Part shown: positions 1 to 13,512 of the stretch, piece after piece
Numbering within the stretch: position 1 is the stretch's first letter
How the letters are laid out: every line of letters starts with the position of its first letter
Assembly (NCBI GenBank): GCA_030704615.1
Contig: CM060733.1
Span: 56,172,001 to 56,236,000, forward strand
Length of the DNA stretch: 64,000 bases
Source: Takakia lepidozioides
Lineage: Eukaryota > Plantae > Bryophyta
Direction of reading: 5' to 3'
Translations under genes and position numbers: made by a program
The notes under the pieces: model-generated
The model's database searches: none
Seen by the model: only the letters and a program-made list of their open reading frames with translations
Told to the model about the DNA's origin: nothing

Positions 1-76
1 TCATCAACCATCAGAGTCATCCAGGACTTGCTAATTACTTCATTTGATGGTTGCAATTGTGTGGATGGGCTTACAG

Positions 77-2325
77 AGAGAAGATGTCGAAAAAGCCCGA
101 GTCCTTTGAAGATTTGTTTTGCAGAATGGATTGCTTTGACGAGTACCTGCATAGGACCAACCGTCGCTACATACGAGAAGTATCTCCCAACTTTATACTT
201 CTACTAAGAAGTTGCTTTTAATCCATTCGACTCCTTTGGCATCGGCATTCTTGCTGCTAGAGATGTAATTATCAGCTTGAAATAACAACCAATGCAGATA
301 AAGGAAGAACATATCGCGGCAATCTCATCAGTCAGTCCATGGTATGGAGTAGTTTCTAATCTGTAAAATCTTGTGGAGACCCAAAACTCGTAACATTATA
401 TCCCTAGGAGTGTGCTACCACATGGGGCATATCTGACACAGGTCCTTTGCCTTGTGTTTGGACAGGAGCTTTTCAAGCTGGAACGTGGAGTGTGTGTGAA
501 GTGCGGGCTGGACTGCCATGCCCTGGTGGCAAGTATGTGCATTTTACCTAAGATCCAGCGTGGCAGCTACATTCTTCAGAAGGCTCCCCAATTCGCTAAG
601 CATCAGCGCATGTACTTTCTTTCTTCTCTCTCAGTAAAGAACCATTTCATTTCATTTCTTCTCTCAGCAGCATACCTCTCCGTTCCAGTGATATATGGGG
701 ATATCCAACAAGCCCTTTGTTGTTTTCTCTTGACTTAGAGGCTGTAGTGTTCAAAGCCATGTCTGTTGCCAGGAAATTGTGATGAAAATGAAGTGAGGCA
801 GAAAGCTTCCCTGAACTTGTTTCCAGTCTGTGACATGGGGGAGGACATCATGGATGACCTCAAGGGTTTACCCACTCTCGGCACTAGACTGAAATTCAAC
901 CTCGGGTGCGGGAAGCCTACCTTTGAACAGCAAACAGATGCAGAGAGGAACAAGGGATTGCAAATGCCCGTTGTGTGGGCAACCTGAAGACAATATTCAT
1001 TTTCGATTCATTGTCCTGGGTACTCTCACCAGAGAGACCCCCTCTTCAAATCCAGATTTGTGCCTGTACCTCTGTTTACCAACTTTAAAAACGTCTAGGC
1101 TGAGCCAAAAGCCCAGGCCCTTTTGGGGCCTCGTTATTGGGCAAATCACACACAGCAGATTGATGCTTGTATAAAGGGATTTCTAGAGGATATCTGGAAA
1201 ACTCGCATCGATTGTCTTTCCCAAGGTAAGTCATACTACAGGCATTCGAGGTAGTATGGTGATGAAGAATGGTGCTTGATAGAGGTGTTACCATAGTGCT
1301 GCCATTCATGTCCGTCTCATGTACATATCTTTGTGCACTTTTCTGTCTGTCTCCTGCTACACTTGACAGGAGACAGACGGAGACGTCTGCTCTTGACAGA
1401 TTTTTGCTCTGTTATACTCCCAATATGGTCTCAAGTCCAATACGTTGTGCAAATTTGCATCAATAGGAAGGGTTGGCATAAAGTGACTTAGAGCTGGTTG
1501 TCACACATGGGCAGGCTGGAAAGGCTAATTGAGGATCCATCTGAGGGCAATGCGTGGCATGCGGACCACATTGTGGCTGTGGCTGATGGTGGAGGTAAAC
1601 CTTCTATCTCTAAGAACTTCCTAAAATTTGCTGGAAGGGATCCTGAACAACTTAAATCAGCTGGGACTCACTGGTATTTGGGGCTGTCTGAGTAGCACGG
1701 AGGACTTGAGGAATGTTTGTTCATAAATTACTTTGTATGCATGTCAGGGGAATGCAACCTGGAGAACATGCAAACCTTGTGTGTGGTGTGTCATGCTAAA
1801 GTGACAGCAGGACAGCAACGCCAACGGCGGTTAGAACGAAAGCAAGCTCATTGCCGTCTGCAAACCACTATCATGAAGCTTATTGAACATTCAAACCGTA
1901 TCAAGCGCCTAAGGCCATGTTTCTCTGAGGTTCATTGCTCTTTACCAGCTCCTTTGCTACTGTGTGATTTGTGGCTCATTCGCTCAACTGTGACTACACC
2001 TACAAATCTCAGCTTTGTTGTGATAGAGCAATTTGGCATCCCAGTGAGCATTTTTCTTTATGGTTATCTGTTGCATCCTTCCCAAAAATGGTAACATTTA
2101 AGGCCCACTGAGATGCACTGACTCCAGCATTTCCAGGATGCTCCCATGGAGTGTGGAAGTGGAGTAAGGCCTGTCAATGAGGAGGCACTGGGCCCTGGTG
2201 ATTTGAGTGATAGTGATGACGACAGAGCTCTGCTCGATATCAAGGTTGCAGGCAGTGCCTACTCTGCCTCCATGATTCCAGCCACTCCTCCATCATTGAC
2301 TGGCAGCCCGATGAGTGTGACTTGA
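77..2325 (+). CDS. 3' exons of a ZRANB3/SMARCAL1-like SNF2 annealing helicase with C-terminal HNH endonuclease (5' part outside the window)
   Basis: GT-AG exons 77-179, 466-611, 1515-1594, 1748-1929 and 2137-2325 join in frame: FEDLFC..CFDEY..RT..RYIRE / ELFKLERGVCVKCGLDCH / AWHADHIVAVADGG / GECNLENMQTLCVVCH (HNH motif), stop TGA at 2323-2325. Confidence 0.88.
732..1240 (+). mobile_element. LINE ORF2 3' fragment (RTE-X-like family) in an intron
   Basis: Near-identical to the reverse complement of about 35570-36085. Encodes DENEVRQKASLNLFPVCDMGED and CPLCGQPEDNIHF (C-terminal Zn knuckle). Lacks the family 3' tail. Confidence 0.8.
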
Positions 2326-3101
2326 TGATACAAGGTCCCGGACTGGTCTCAGTGAGGTCAAATACACACTGAGCCAACAGGCATAGCTGGTGTTGTGGTG
2401 GCCCCAGTTTCTGTCCGACTACAGAGATCTACATGCTGATTCCTGGTTTGCAATCAGCACATAATCTTTTGAAAATAGTCGTCAATGAGATGGACAAATA
2501 GGTCTGCGTGCTATTTCAGTACCTTAACATGTGGTAGCTGCTGGCCTAAACCTTGGAAACCAGACCATTATTGAACCAGATGATCAAAATCAGTAAACAA
2601 TGTTTTCTCTGCTTGTTGCTTGTCGTACCAACATCCTTGTCAGTCACCACATACATTGAAGCTATGACCATTCAATATGCATGACAATTAACTCATTCTT
2701 AAACAATGTAAGAGTATGTTCACAAAGGCAGTGGTTTGACAGGGCAGTGCTACTGATTTAAGGTTGAACTAACTACTGATGTCATTCTCAACGCTATAGT
2801 AAAAACCAGTCTCATTACCATGTATGATTGCACCTATCTTACTCACTACTCAGGATGAGCCTGATAGCATCTTCAGGTTCTCTCAAAAATGTGAGAGAAG
2901 GCTGATGTGGAAAAAAGAAAGATGAATATTTCCATTACCTCTGCCAGCATCACAATAGTGGTGGAGTAAGTTGCGAATTGTTTCGGGTGAAAGAATGAAA
3001 GAAAGTAACTTTACAAAGGGAAACAATGGACACAAGTATAGAGAGATGTACTCATCCTTGCCATAGCCATGTGGCCATGGATAACAGAAGATATGTTTGA
3101 A

Positions 3102-3166
3102 TGTAACCCGGTAGTGTAACCCACCTCATGTGTAACCCAGTAGTGTAACCCTTTGTACTGTAACTC
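3102..3166. repeat. Short degenerate tandem repeat with TGTAACCC core
   Basis: TGTAACCC occurs four times plus one TGTAACTC, at 13-16 bp spacing, between two convergent genes. Confidence 0.6.
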
Positions 3167-3999
3167 TAATTTGCCCCTCTCCCTTGTCAAAAGAGTAAAA
3201 CGACACTGGGAAACATATCACATACACAATAGGAACCATGGACGAGTAAGGCCATGATAGCAAATGAGTGAGCAATGGCACTTGCAAGATACCTGGAAGC
3301 AAAACCCAACCCCTTGAAATAATAATAGACAGTCCTATAAAGAGGGAGGGTGAGAACGAGGTTAACAAACAGAGAGTTCAGTCAAAAGATCAAGCACCAA
3401 GTATGCCAAAAAAACATCCCTTTCTTTTCACCATCTGCTTGAGGTAAGTCGTTAAAGGCAGAGATATTGACGTGATTATGATTTACCTCATCTACTGTCG
3501 CTAGATGGACTGGTTGATCAAACGAACCCGCTCCCTCTCCAGGGGCCTCAAGAGATTGTGCCACCATCAGCTTCAATGATTCAAGTAGATCCAAAGGGCC
3601 AATTTCATCAGCGTGACTCTGAGAATCTAACAAAACAGCATGACTACGGGTAGCACGCAACACTGCATTTCCTGCCCTGCTCACTGGCAATCCTAGCCAC
3701 TCTGCAGCCATTGAATCAGCAGTGGAAACGAGAACCCATGCTTCCCTTCAGTTAACCTCCTACAAGCATTAGAATTTTCTACCTTTTCAATTTGTACTCA
3801 TAACGATCTGTGAGTAATCATATATGGGGCATTAAGCACAGCATGCCACTTTTCTTTCTCAGCAGCAAAGGTGAGGTCCTCCTGGAACGACAGCCAGACT
3901 TTTTTTGTCATTCCAGCAGGGCCCAGGACAAATTGGCGCTCACTCTTGATACGTTAACCGACCTCTGTGGGACGCCAACGTCCAACGACTCGAATTAAT

Positions 4000-6900
4000 C
4001 TACAGTGGGCAATCCAGCCACCTGGATACAGACGCACCCAGAGAGCTGAAAGCCAACTGCATCAAGGGACCTGAAAATAAAATTGAAAATAATAGATGAA
4101 TGGGTGTCTGTGGATGTGACTAAACGGAAACAGTCAGACCCAACATCAAATGCAGTGTGCCTAGAAAACATATGAGAAAGGGTATTTCAGAGTTACCAGG
4201 CCTGAAGTAGAAACCCTGCACTTCCTGCTGCTCCTTCTCCACTGTTGTGGATTGTGAACTAGCCTCACCAGAACGGCCACTCGTACCAGAGCCTCCCTGT
4301 ATAAGCACAAAAGATCAAGTAACCACCTTGGATATGTTAGGCTGTTCCCTGAATCGTCACCTCTACTATCCAATCCATCAAGTAGGATAGACAGCCAAGT
4401 CAACCACCTGGACTGACCAAGCTTTTACCACAACAAAGACGATGAACACAGTTACCTTATTGGAACCCTTGCCACCTCTACCATAGAGCTCTGGTTTGAA
4501 TGTGCACTCAGCCATCTCCTTATTCTGTATCTCTTGTCGCATGGCTTCCACCTTTTGTTCCCTTTTATCTCTATCCAAACAGATAAGCTTATACCACTGA
4601 CGGCTTGAGCTGCACATGGATGAACGCACGAATCACAGTCACCAACAAAGAATTGAATATTCAGCCTATCAGAATATGTACAAAGAACAGTTGGCCGAGG
4701 AAAAGGGACCTACTAGGCAACCTCACTGATAATCTTCCATGAGCAGACTGTTGCAAACACTAACCAAGCATCAACCATGAATGATAGTATAGACAACATA
4801 CCATTCCCTGATTGCCATCATCACCTAGCAACAAGATATTTCAAGTTGAGGCCAACTTACTTGAATTTTCGTCTCTGGATGGCAAGGTTGCGAGACAAAC
4901 GGTCCATCTTGAATTGATAAGTGTATTGGCTGTCATTGGAGTGAGTCTTGTGATTAAGCACCAGGTGTACTTGAGTGCCCTGGTGTGTCTTATTCTGTAG
5001 AGAATAAATGGAGTTAAAGTCACTTTCTATGTATGGTCACTCGCAGACATTTGTACCCACTGCCTGAATCCAAGCAGATGTGAAAGTGTGCCTTTTGAGG
5101 CTTTCTGCTAGTAACAGCTTCCACAGTAACTTTTAGAGAGAACCCCATATTGTTGGACATCACATCACACCTGGCAAGATGGCTTTTCAAGTCAAGGCAG
5201 TGATAGTACCTGAACAGCAAGCATAATGTCTACAAATTTTTCAAAAGAGAGGATCTTCTCAGCATCTTCCATCTTGATTACTTCAGAAATATCTTGGACT
5301 ACATCCTTACTCAACCGCTGCAAATCTGCAGTGGCTAACTCCACAAGGCCGTCCTGGAGATGCCAAAAACATACTTAAGCACATCACATCATATGCCATG
5401 ACTCATGTTCTGAGGTGGACACATAGATGTAATCATAAGACTTTGTTTGCCGTAGCCTTGTGGCCATAGACCCCGCGCCCAGTTTGGGTGGAACAAAAGG
5501 GACCAGAAATGAGGGCTCACTCCGGTAGTATGACTTACCTTGATACAAACAATTAGTTCGGGATTTCCAGATATCCTCTAGGAAGCCCTTCACACAAGCA
5601 GCAATCTTCTGTGTGTGAGCAGCCCAAAAGTTAGACCCCAACAGGGCCAGGGCTTTAGGCTCAGCCTCAAGCCCATGTTCTAAGGTGGACACGTAGAGAT
5701 ATTGACAAACTTTAGTTAATTACAACCGAATCTTTACAATGTACGAGTGAAGGAGGGTAACAGATCTTAACCTTATCTTCATCGAGACTATCAAAAAGTT
5801 GCTTGAAACCACGCTGCCTTATGCGCCCAAGTAACTTCTGAGAAGTGGGTCCAACATAATGGCAGTTGGCTTTCTCTTTCTGTCTTTTCCACTCCCTTTC
5901 TGCCAAACCTTCCTTTTTGCAGTCGATGGTACATCTCATTTTATACAAAAAGTCCCCAATTGGCAGAGTCAGTGGATTCCTCTGCAATTGACAGAAACAC
6001 ATGAGCTGATGAACAACGGTCGAAAGCTACGTGATTTCTCCATGCATGGAGCTTTGGGATTCTCCCAGATGATTGCCAGCTTTCTTGCAGGAGACCTAGC
6101 AGATCTGATAATTGTGGAGCCAATGCCATCCTACTTAAGCCCTGAAGATCAGCAATTCCTGCAGAAGCGATGTACAACCTCCCTACCCAATGTCCGTATA
6201 GACCAGTAAGGAAATTACTTACTTCAGTTAGTGGTTTTCGGCCGGTTAGAGGTCTGAAAAGCTGCCGACCCGTGGCAGGATCAATGGGTCTGTGGACTAA
6301 CAGCTCCTGCATTTGCTTCTTCTCAGCCAACTTGGAGGCATAGTGCAGTAGCCTATCAACGACAGACCCCTCGTGTTGATATTCTCCATCCATTTCCAAT
6401 CCATTTTGCCTCCTGTTGATAGCTGGCCGGAATGTAACTCTGCAACATCAAACAACATTCAAGTCATCAGTTGCAACCTGGAAACAGTTAGCCCATATAG
6501 CAAAGAAACTGTCCGTTCTGAAGAAAAACAGTAAAACAGCAATATCTGGCCCAACCACAAACACTGACCATGATCAGTAAGGGCCTCCAGTCGATGACAA
6601 CCAGAGCAATTTGGCTGCAAAGCTTTGGGGACAGTGTCTTTCCTTGCCATTTTTCTAACCATAAATGGGTTTACTTTGGATCCAAATTCCCCTGCATGAT
6701 AGATGACAAGCAAATGTCCTGGAACAACTCTGCTGCTAGTGTGCTAGTGGCATGTATCCCTACAATGCAGCTTTTTGTGTGGCTCTTCTTAACTGTCCTA
6801 CCAGAAGAATGATGGGTCTTGATGACCAAATCAGAGAGCAGGTGGAACTTGTTTTGAGGTTCTTTAAGACTTGAGATATGCAGTCCTTCCATGGCCATTG

Positions 6901-9900
6901 CAGGCAAATTGCAGTGTGTGATCCAGTGCAGGCGGTGAATCTCTCACATTCAGTCCAAGGAAAAAACCCGGGACAGCATGCCAATATGTGCAAATGGTAT
7001 GCAACAATTCAAGAGATGGTCGCAATTCTGTACTTACCCTTCTGGATACCATTGCATGTATTCGACTTGGCGTTGACGCCGACTCTCGGCATCTAGAAAG
7101 AGCTGATCAAAGCGAGAGTAAGAACCATCATGCCTTTCCTCCCGTCCATCGTGCATTTTACCGGGATTTATTTGAGGTTTGAAAGTGCACTCCATAAGCT
7201 TGGCCTCCCAGATCTGTCCACATGGGCTCCAAGTTTCAAGGATCCTTTACAGTCAGTGTACAATTCCCTCGAACCCACTTGATTTATTGTCTACAAGCAA
7301 AGCTACCAAGAGACCTCCAGTCAGCCATCACTGGAATGAGCTAACCAACACCAAAACACAACCATATGACATTTAGTGACTTCACAAGTCTGAGGGCCAT
7401 ATTAATGAAACCCTTAAGGTGACGATGAACTGACTTAGATAATATCAGAGCACAAATCTTAAATTGAGAAGTCATGATTAAAATAGCGTGCTTGAGATAA
7501 GTCTAATGTGTATGCAGCTGGAAACAGCAAGTACCTCATTCCGAAGTTCCTGCAATTGATCCTGCTTTGGCTTGTCTTGAATTTGCAGCCTCTTCCAAAC
7601 CTGCCCATTCTCCGGCCGGAGCTGCTTTGCTCGCTTGCTTCACAGCCCCCCAACTCTACAGTCAGCAACTGAGAGACTTTCCAGCAGAAAACTGAGCACT
7701 CCAAAAGTTTACTCAGACAGATAAGACAACGAGTCAACCTGAACTCTGGTAACCTCTTCTATCGTAGCCTTGCATACCAATGTAGTTATGAACCATCCCA
7801 CCTCATTATTTCTCATTATCAATGCCACAGCACTACAGTATAACAGGCAAACAAGCATGTTCAAGAACAGATTATGGCTCCCAAGTTCTTTGAAGACCGT
7901 TTCCCCACATAGATCCAAACAAGCAATTCCAATAGACCCAGAATTCTACAACAGGTTACAAAGGTGGAGATTAGCATGAAGATAAGCATAAACAGGAACG
8001 GAGAGTATCAGTAAATGGCCAGCTACTATATTCAAAATCGGCATCAATAGATTCATCCAAATTTTTTAAGCAGAGGCCTTCACAAGTACAGGTGTTGCAT
8101 CGATCAAGCACAAAGGGAGACACCTGATTTCAGGCTTCAAAGTTAGTTCTGCAAGTTCCCTAGCTTCATCGTCTTTCTGTTTCTTTACAATCATCTTTTG
8201 CTGATTCTCTATCTTCGTAAGACCTTCTGTATATAACAATTCACCGTAATTCCTGTACTGCTTGGCTGTTCTTCCTCGAATTCGCATTATCCTCCATGAT
8301 TTCTGGTCAGAAAACGGTAGATCAGCCATTGACTCAATCAGAAAAGCAACCGGTCTGACTGAGCAGGCGCTGAGAGAGTTCTCTACTTAGATGCCTGTGA
8401 GCTAAGAGATTTGACAACATTGCATGGTCATTTGAAAGTCAAATAGGGTATTTTACCTGCTATGTACAGCTCCACATTAAAGGCTGTAGGACTAAGTGGC
8501 CCTAACAACAATCATAACATACATTCTGCTAATATGGCCAGTAAGTGTGGGGAAACGGAAGTCCGCATCTGACCTGCCTGTGCAGAGTGCTACTGGCCAC
8601 CCTGAGGCTCTTACACTGTAATGTATCTTTCAGACCCTTCATCACTCTAAGCCAAAACCTCTACTGCAATATTCCAGTTCACACCCTTCTGTTCCCTGCA
8701 AGTCCTGAGTGGCTTCCAGATTTTACTTATTACAAATTCAGCCCCTTCACAATCAGCCAGGTAAGACCACCAGGGAGATGATTTTGGTACTAGAGCAAGA
8801 GCACTTTATTTCAATCCTCTATGGGAAAAAAGCCAGGCCATGCTGGCGCTGATGATAGTTACTTGCATCTAACCATAATACAAAATAGGGCCTTTTCCAA
8901 GTCTTGCTTGAGAATCCCATACCTTTGAAATGCAAGTCTTGTCCCTTTCAATCTTGTCCTGGTACAATTCTAGGTTCCTCTTCTTGTCTTCCTCAAGTTT
9001 CTGCTTTTGCCTCAGAAACTCAGTATAGAGCCTCATGTAAACAGCTTTCTGTTTCAACATGAACATGCGAGCAGAAACAGATTATGAGAGTGCAACCTCT
9101 ATTTGCGGTTCCATTTGTGACGCAGACAACTTTATATGCATGTTGTTCAGCAAGTTACTGACTAGTTTTCCCACCTTAAAGTATTGCTCAAAGAGCCGTT
9201 TCTCAGAACTAGGAGTACTCGGGGCTTCCACTTTGATACAAAGGCAACTGTTGCTGGAAAAGGGTGTACTATGATAAAGCAACAAGGTGGGAGAGGAGCA
9301 GGTAGCATTACCCTCTTATCAGAGATAGGACCCGTGGAAGCATTGGATCTATTTCCTTTTTGGTCCTTCTGTTCAGCCCCTGACATTTTTGCCCGGCTTG
9401 TGAGAGTAGGAGCAAGCAAACGATCCGAAAGCATATTTCGTCTCGTCTTTTGTCTGCCCTTTCTAGGCAACTTGGGAGTCCTCCCAGAGCCAGATTTATT
9501 AACTTTTTGAGATAGGGACAAAGGAAACTCCACAGATCGAAATTTGCATGCACATGATCTACTAGACTTGTTTTCGTAATTTGAGTCATCCATGTAATCC
9601 TTGTCGGTGGGCATGTGACTGCCATCTTTGGGAGTGTTTTGTGGCCAATTCTCTTCAAATGATGTACACTCACCTTTAGAGCAAAACACAATATCCTTGT
9701 CCTCCTTGCTGCAAGTGTCAAATCCATTCCCATTTGTTAGTAGTGTTTTGGAGGGATAAAAACACTCTAATAGTGAGTATAAACTTGCTACAAATGTGTC
9801 TACAAATCGTTCCAGGAGGGACATTGGAAGAAGGTACTACATCGACTTTCTATTAGATATGAAAGAATGTTGAGCCCCATCCTCCTCTGGGAAAAGGTCC

Positions 9901-11013
9901 GATCCACAAGGCATTCCAATAGCCAAATTCACAACTTCACCCATTTGTTCAGAAGGTAAGCACAAATAAGGCAACTTCCAGAAGGTGTCATAATTCAGAT
10001 GTAGTAGACCAAAATAGACACCTGGAAGAACCTCTCCCCAAAGATGTAAAGGTCCATTTGACGCAGTTCCACATACCTTATGCTTATGATGTTGCTCACA
10101 ATATGCTCAGTAAGAGGTGCCACAAATTGATCGGGAAGAGAGTGATCACGGCAGAACTTTGTAGCCACCGCCTCAGCTGAATCACCCTCCTTCATTTCAA
10201 TATGTTCCACGCACCCATCCTCAATCTCCACCGTGATGGCCAGCAGAACCCTCCGGTCATCAGATTCATTTTCTGCTGGAACCGCATGATGTTTTCAGTT
10301 ACCACCAATCCAACATAAACCCTGCATCCTTCAAGAACTCAAAATGCTGCAAATGCTCACCCTTATTCCCATCATTGGATTCTTTCTCCATCTGATCATC
10401 ATTGTTTTCCCTGAAAATTGCAAACAGTGTACCTCATCAACCAGCTTGGATGCTTACCTTTATTCCCATCGTTAGTTTCTCTGTCTTCGAGAAGATGTTT
10501 GTATCTATCCTGCATAATGCAAACGGTGTACCACATTAAACAGAGCAAATCAATTGGGTTATATTTTCCAGGCTCTGCCCTATGCCCCAATGTCATAGCA
10601 ATAAGAACTTAGAAGTATTGAATATTCCACGCATTAATGACTCTTACAATAAGCCATGATGCCACAGACAAGTGGTGGTAGTTTCATCATCTGTTAGAAT
10701 TGATGCTATGTTGTTAGTGAATCAGAAAACTTATTATGAACCGTTCTCAAGGTAGGCAGCTTTCACGGCACTCCATATGCAATCACAGTTTCACTCCAGC
10801 ATTGATTTTTAAGGTGACTGGTATCTATTACATGACACAGCTCCGTAAAAACTGAAGGATGGTTGCATGCCCAGGACACACCTGATTTCTTGGAGTCCCA
10901 CTTGCACTAACCACAGATCTGTTTTCATCCTCACACTCTCCACAGTGTGGATAAACCGACTTCAAAGCGTCATCTTCACCCCTTCCCTTAGGTTTGTTGT
11001 CCCTCCTCGACAT
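4000..11013 (-). CDS. Uncharacterised multi-exon coiled-coil protein with TF(K/R)P repeats and an EF-hand-like segment; 3' end uncertain
   Basis: Exon-like ORFs with GT-AG ends: MSRRDNKP (11013), VLLAITVEIEDG..AEAVATKFCRDHSL (about 10080-10275), VYMRLYTEFLRQK, ELTLKPEI, CTFKPQI, TFRPAI..VVDRL..ATGRQLFRPLTGR, GFKQLFDSLDEDK, ECTFKPEL. Candidate stop TAG at 4000-4002. Confidence 0.7.
5428..5673 (-). mobile_element. 5'-truncated LINE copy with 24-bp TSD
   Basis: Carries the family 3' end (revcomp of GGCCACAAGGCTACGGCAAAC). Flanked by CATGTTCTGAGGTGGACACATAGA (5404-5427) and CATGTTCTAAGGTGGACACGTAGA (5674-5697). Confidence 0.85.
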
Positions 11014-13139
11014 GGTTGGATAGCTCTATCAACTCCTATCTCCCTTCAAAGAGCTCCAAATTGCAACATGACTGCTTGACTGCTCACATACAACAAGCTT
11101 ACACCTGAAACACCACAAAAGGTCGAAGCATTTGTCAATAAATATGATGTTAGTTCTGATCTAGCCTACTAAAAAACTTATATAGTTACTACCTACAATA
11201 CTTGTTTCATGAATTGAAAAATACTGGTTGGGAGGTTCTTGGTGGAAGTTAAACATATAGATGTTTTCTAGGGGCTTCAGAGCAATAATTTCACCACCAC
11301 ATGTTCCCCTAAACTACCAGGCTGGTCTTTCTACCGGACACGTATCATACTTATCTGTGTGGTACCCGAAATTGAATCTGAGCTCATGCAACTTAAAGTT
11401 GTGGTAGACCTCAAAGTAAAGCTGCTGCAGAAATGACAGTGAGTTGAAGCATACTCAAATGTTGTGGTAGACAGTAAGCTGAGTATACTAAGTAGTGACG
11501 ATTCTTCTACTCCATACCTTCTGATGCAGAAAACATGGAGGCTCAAAGATTGCTGCATCCTAAAGGGAAGAAAAAATCCTAACACGTTCATTGGGCTCTT
11601 CTAAGTACTCCCGATGAATGTCAGTGTAAGAGGCACAAATCTGTAACTGGTTTCCAATATCTAACGTTCTCTTCTGTGTGTGCAAAAACTAAGACTTTTC
11701 TCTGGAGCATGGTAAAGTTGAGGTAGATGGGCGTCCAGATAAACACTGCCTGTAACCACTTCATTTGTCCGGCTTTGTAGAAGTACTAGGCTGCCGCACC
11801 ATTGCGGAGGGTCATCGTCATGAAGATCCAGGTTTCAACTCACTCGTTTCAAAGTTCTCATCAACTCCTAGAAAATTTCAGCTAAAATCAAAGGACTGTC
11901 ACCCACCCTCGTTCCTTGCAGCATGTTAATAGGAAGTGGGGCTTCTTTGGCGGAGGACATGCTACTGTCCATTAGAACAACTGGAGACCTCTTTCCGGTG
12001 GCTCAACTTCATATGAATCACTTCAGGAGTTGCATTATAGTGCGCGAGAATGCCCGGAGTTTGGTCTCAAGAAAGTCTCCACCCGAACAGATGTCAGCTT
12101 TTAAATGACGGGAGCGTAGCATCTTTGCAGTTCTACCCCAACATGGAGGATGAATCTTCGCGTGATCTTCCAGAAATGTGAGCTAGTAATATAATCCATA
12201 GTCCCCTTGTTGTTTGTGACTCTTTCTACTGTACTTATCCCCGCTGTTATTTCGGAAATGATACACCATCGCTCGAAACAGTGTTATAGGATGTAATCCA
12301 TTTCTAAGCGACTGTGAAGGCCAGCTCCTAACGAGCTTACGTTGGGATCTTACAATTGCCTCGTTGTGTTAATAACCATAGGGCTTTCCTTCTCCAGCTT
12401 CATACCATGAATGCAAAGCGTCATGTCTTCACCACCAGGTTAGCGAAGCACTCTTGGATTTGAGTGCATGAATTCCTTACTATTTCATGCTGACAGACAC
12501 TACTCACGTAAATATTATCACGAACAAATTCAGTGAGTATACATACTTCTGTCCACCCTTACATAGGAGAGCTACGGCCAACGTCCGTGCGTGTCCTGCT
12601 GAATACGACTATGGCACTAAACAAGCTCATCATTGCGCTGGAAGCAATCAACGTGATTCAGGTGCGTACAGTTCAAAGTTCCCGGTGAACCAAAGCGGAG
12701 TACATTGAACAAAACAGAGGTGTGGTTCTGCTGCATGGTGAAGGACAAACACAAAGAACTGTTCATAGACGCGGGAGATGGAGCGCTTCATTCACACCAA
12801 AGCTCCAATTATCAACATCTATCGTCACATTCAATTTCCAAGTTACCTGCCTCTGCTCGATGCCCTACAAATCTTTTCTCTTCCACTTGCGCTATTGCGC
12901 CCTCACCAAACAACGGGTCCTATATTCCCACACTCCAAACAGGTGATATACTCGGCAAGAGCCAAAAGCTCCAATCCAAACACCTCTCCTCCCCGACTAC
13001 AACTCGTTTCCAGAGATTTTGTTTTTCAGAGATCCAGAGATTGATAGTCGATGCACGGGGCACTAGTTAAGGAGTTAATTTTGGACTACACCAATCAACC
13101 TCTTTGGCTCCCCGTCCACTCCAGAGATGCTGTACCATG

Positions 13140-13400
13140 CATTGCATTCCAGCAGGCGATGTCCTAAGCTCCCACCAGCACACCCCGCAGCTCGCAGTGT
13201 GGGAGGCCGGGAGTGCGGAGCGGGCAGAAAGGTCACGGTGAGCGGTGCGAGAACGTAAGCGAGGGCGCCCTTTACCCTAAAACCTTTCCTTTCGTTTTCT
13301 CGCTGCCCGCCCTTTCACGTGCTGCCCCGCGCATATTGGCGCCCCTCCCCCCATTGGCTGCGGTGGTTGGGCGCCAATGTTCTTAGCAATAATCGTGTGG
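13140..13400. promoter_or_regulatory. GC-rich putative divergent promoter with CCAAT boxes
   Basis: CpG-rich island between the minus-strand gene and PLR1. Contains ATTGG twice and CCAAT once, and a perfect inverted repeat ATTGGCGCCC (13335-13344) / GGGCGCCAAT (13369-13378). Confidence 0.45.
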
Positions 13401-13512
13401 GCAGATTTCAACAAGAAATCAACCCGGAACTGCTGTTACTTGTGGATCAGAGTATTTCACATCAAGGCACCTTTGGAATTCCCTAACTGATACCCAAAGA
13501 GCTTTGAGGATC

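Noticed and set aside
3382-3711. 109-aa minus-strand ORF as last exon of the upstream gene
   Set aside because: Could not join it in frame through a nearby acceptor (in-frame TGA just upstream); left unresolved.
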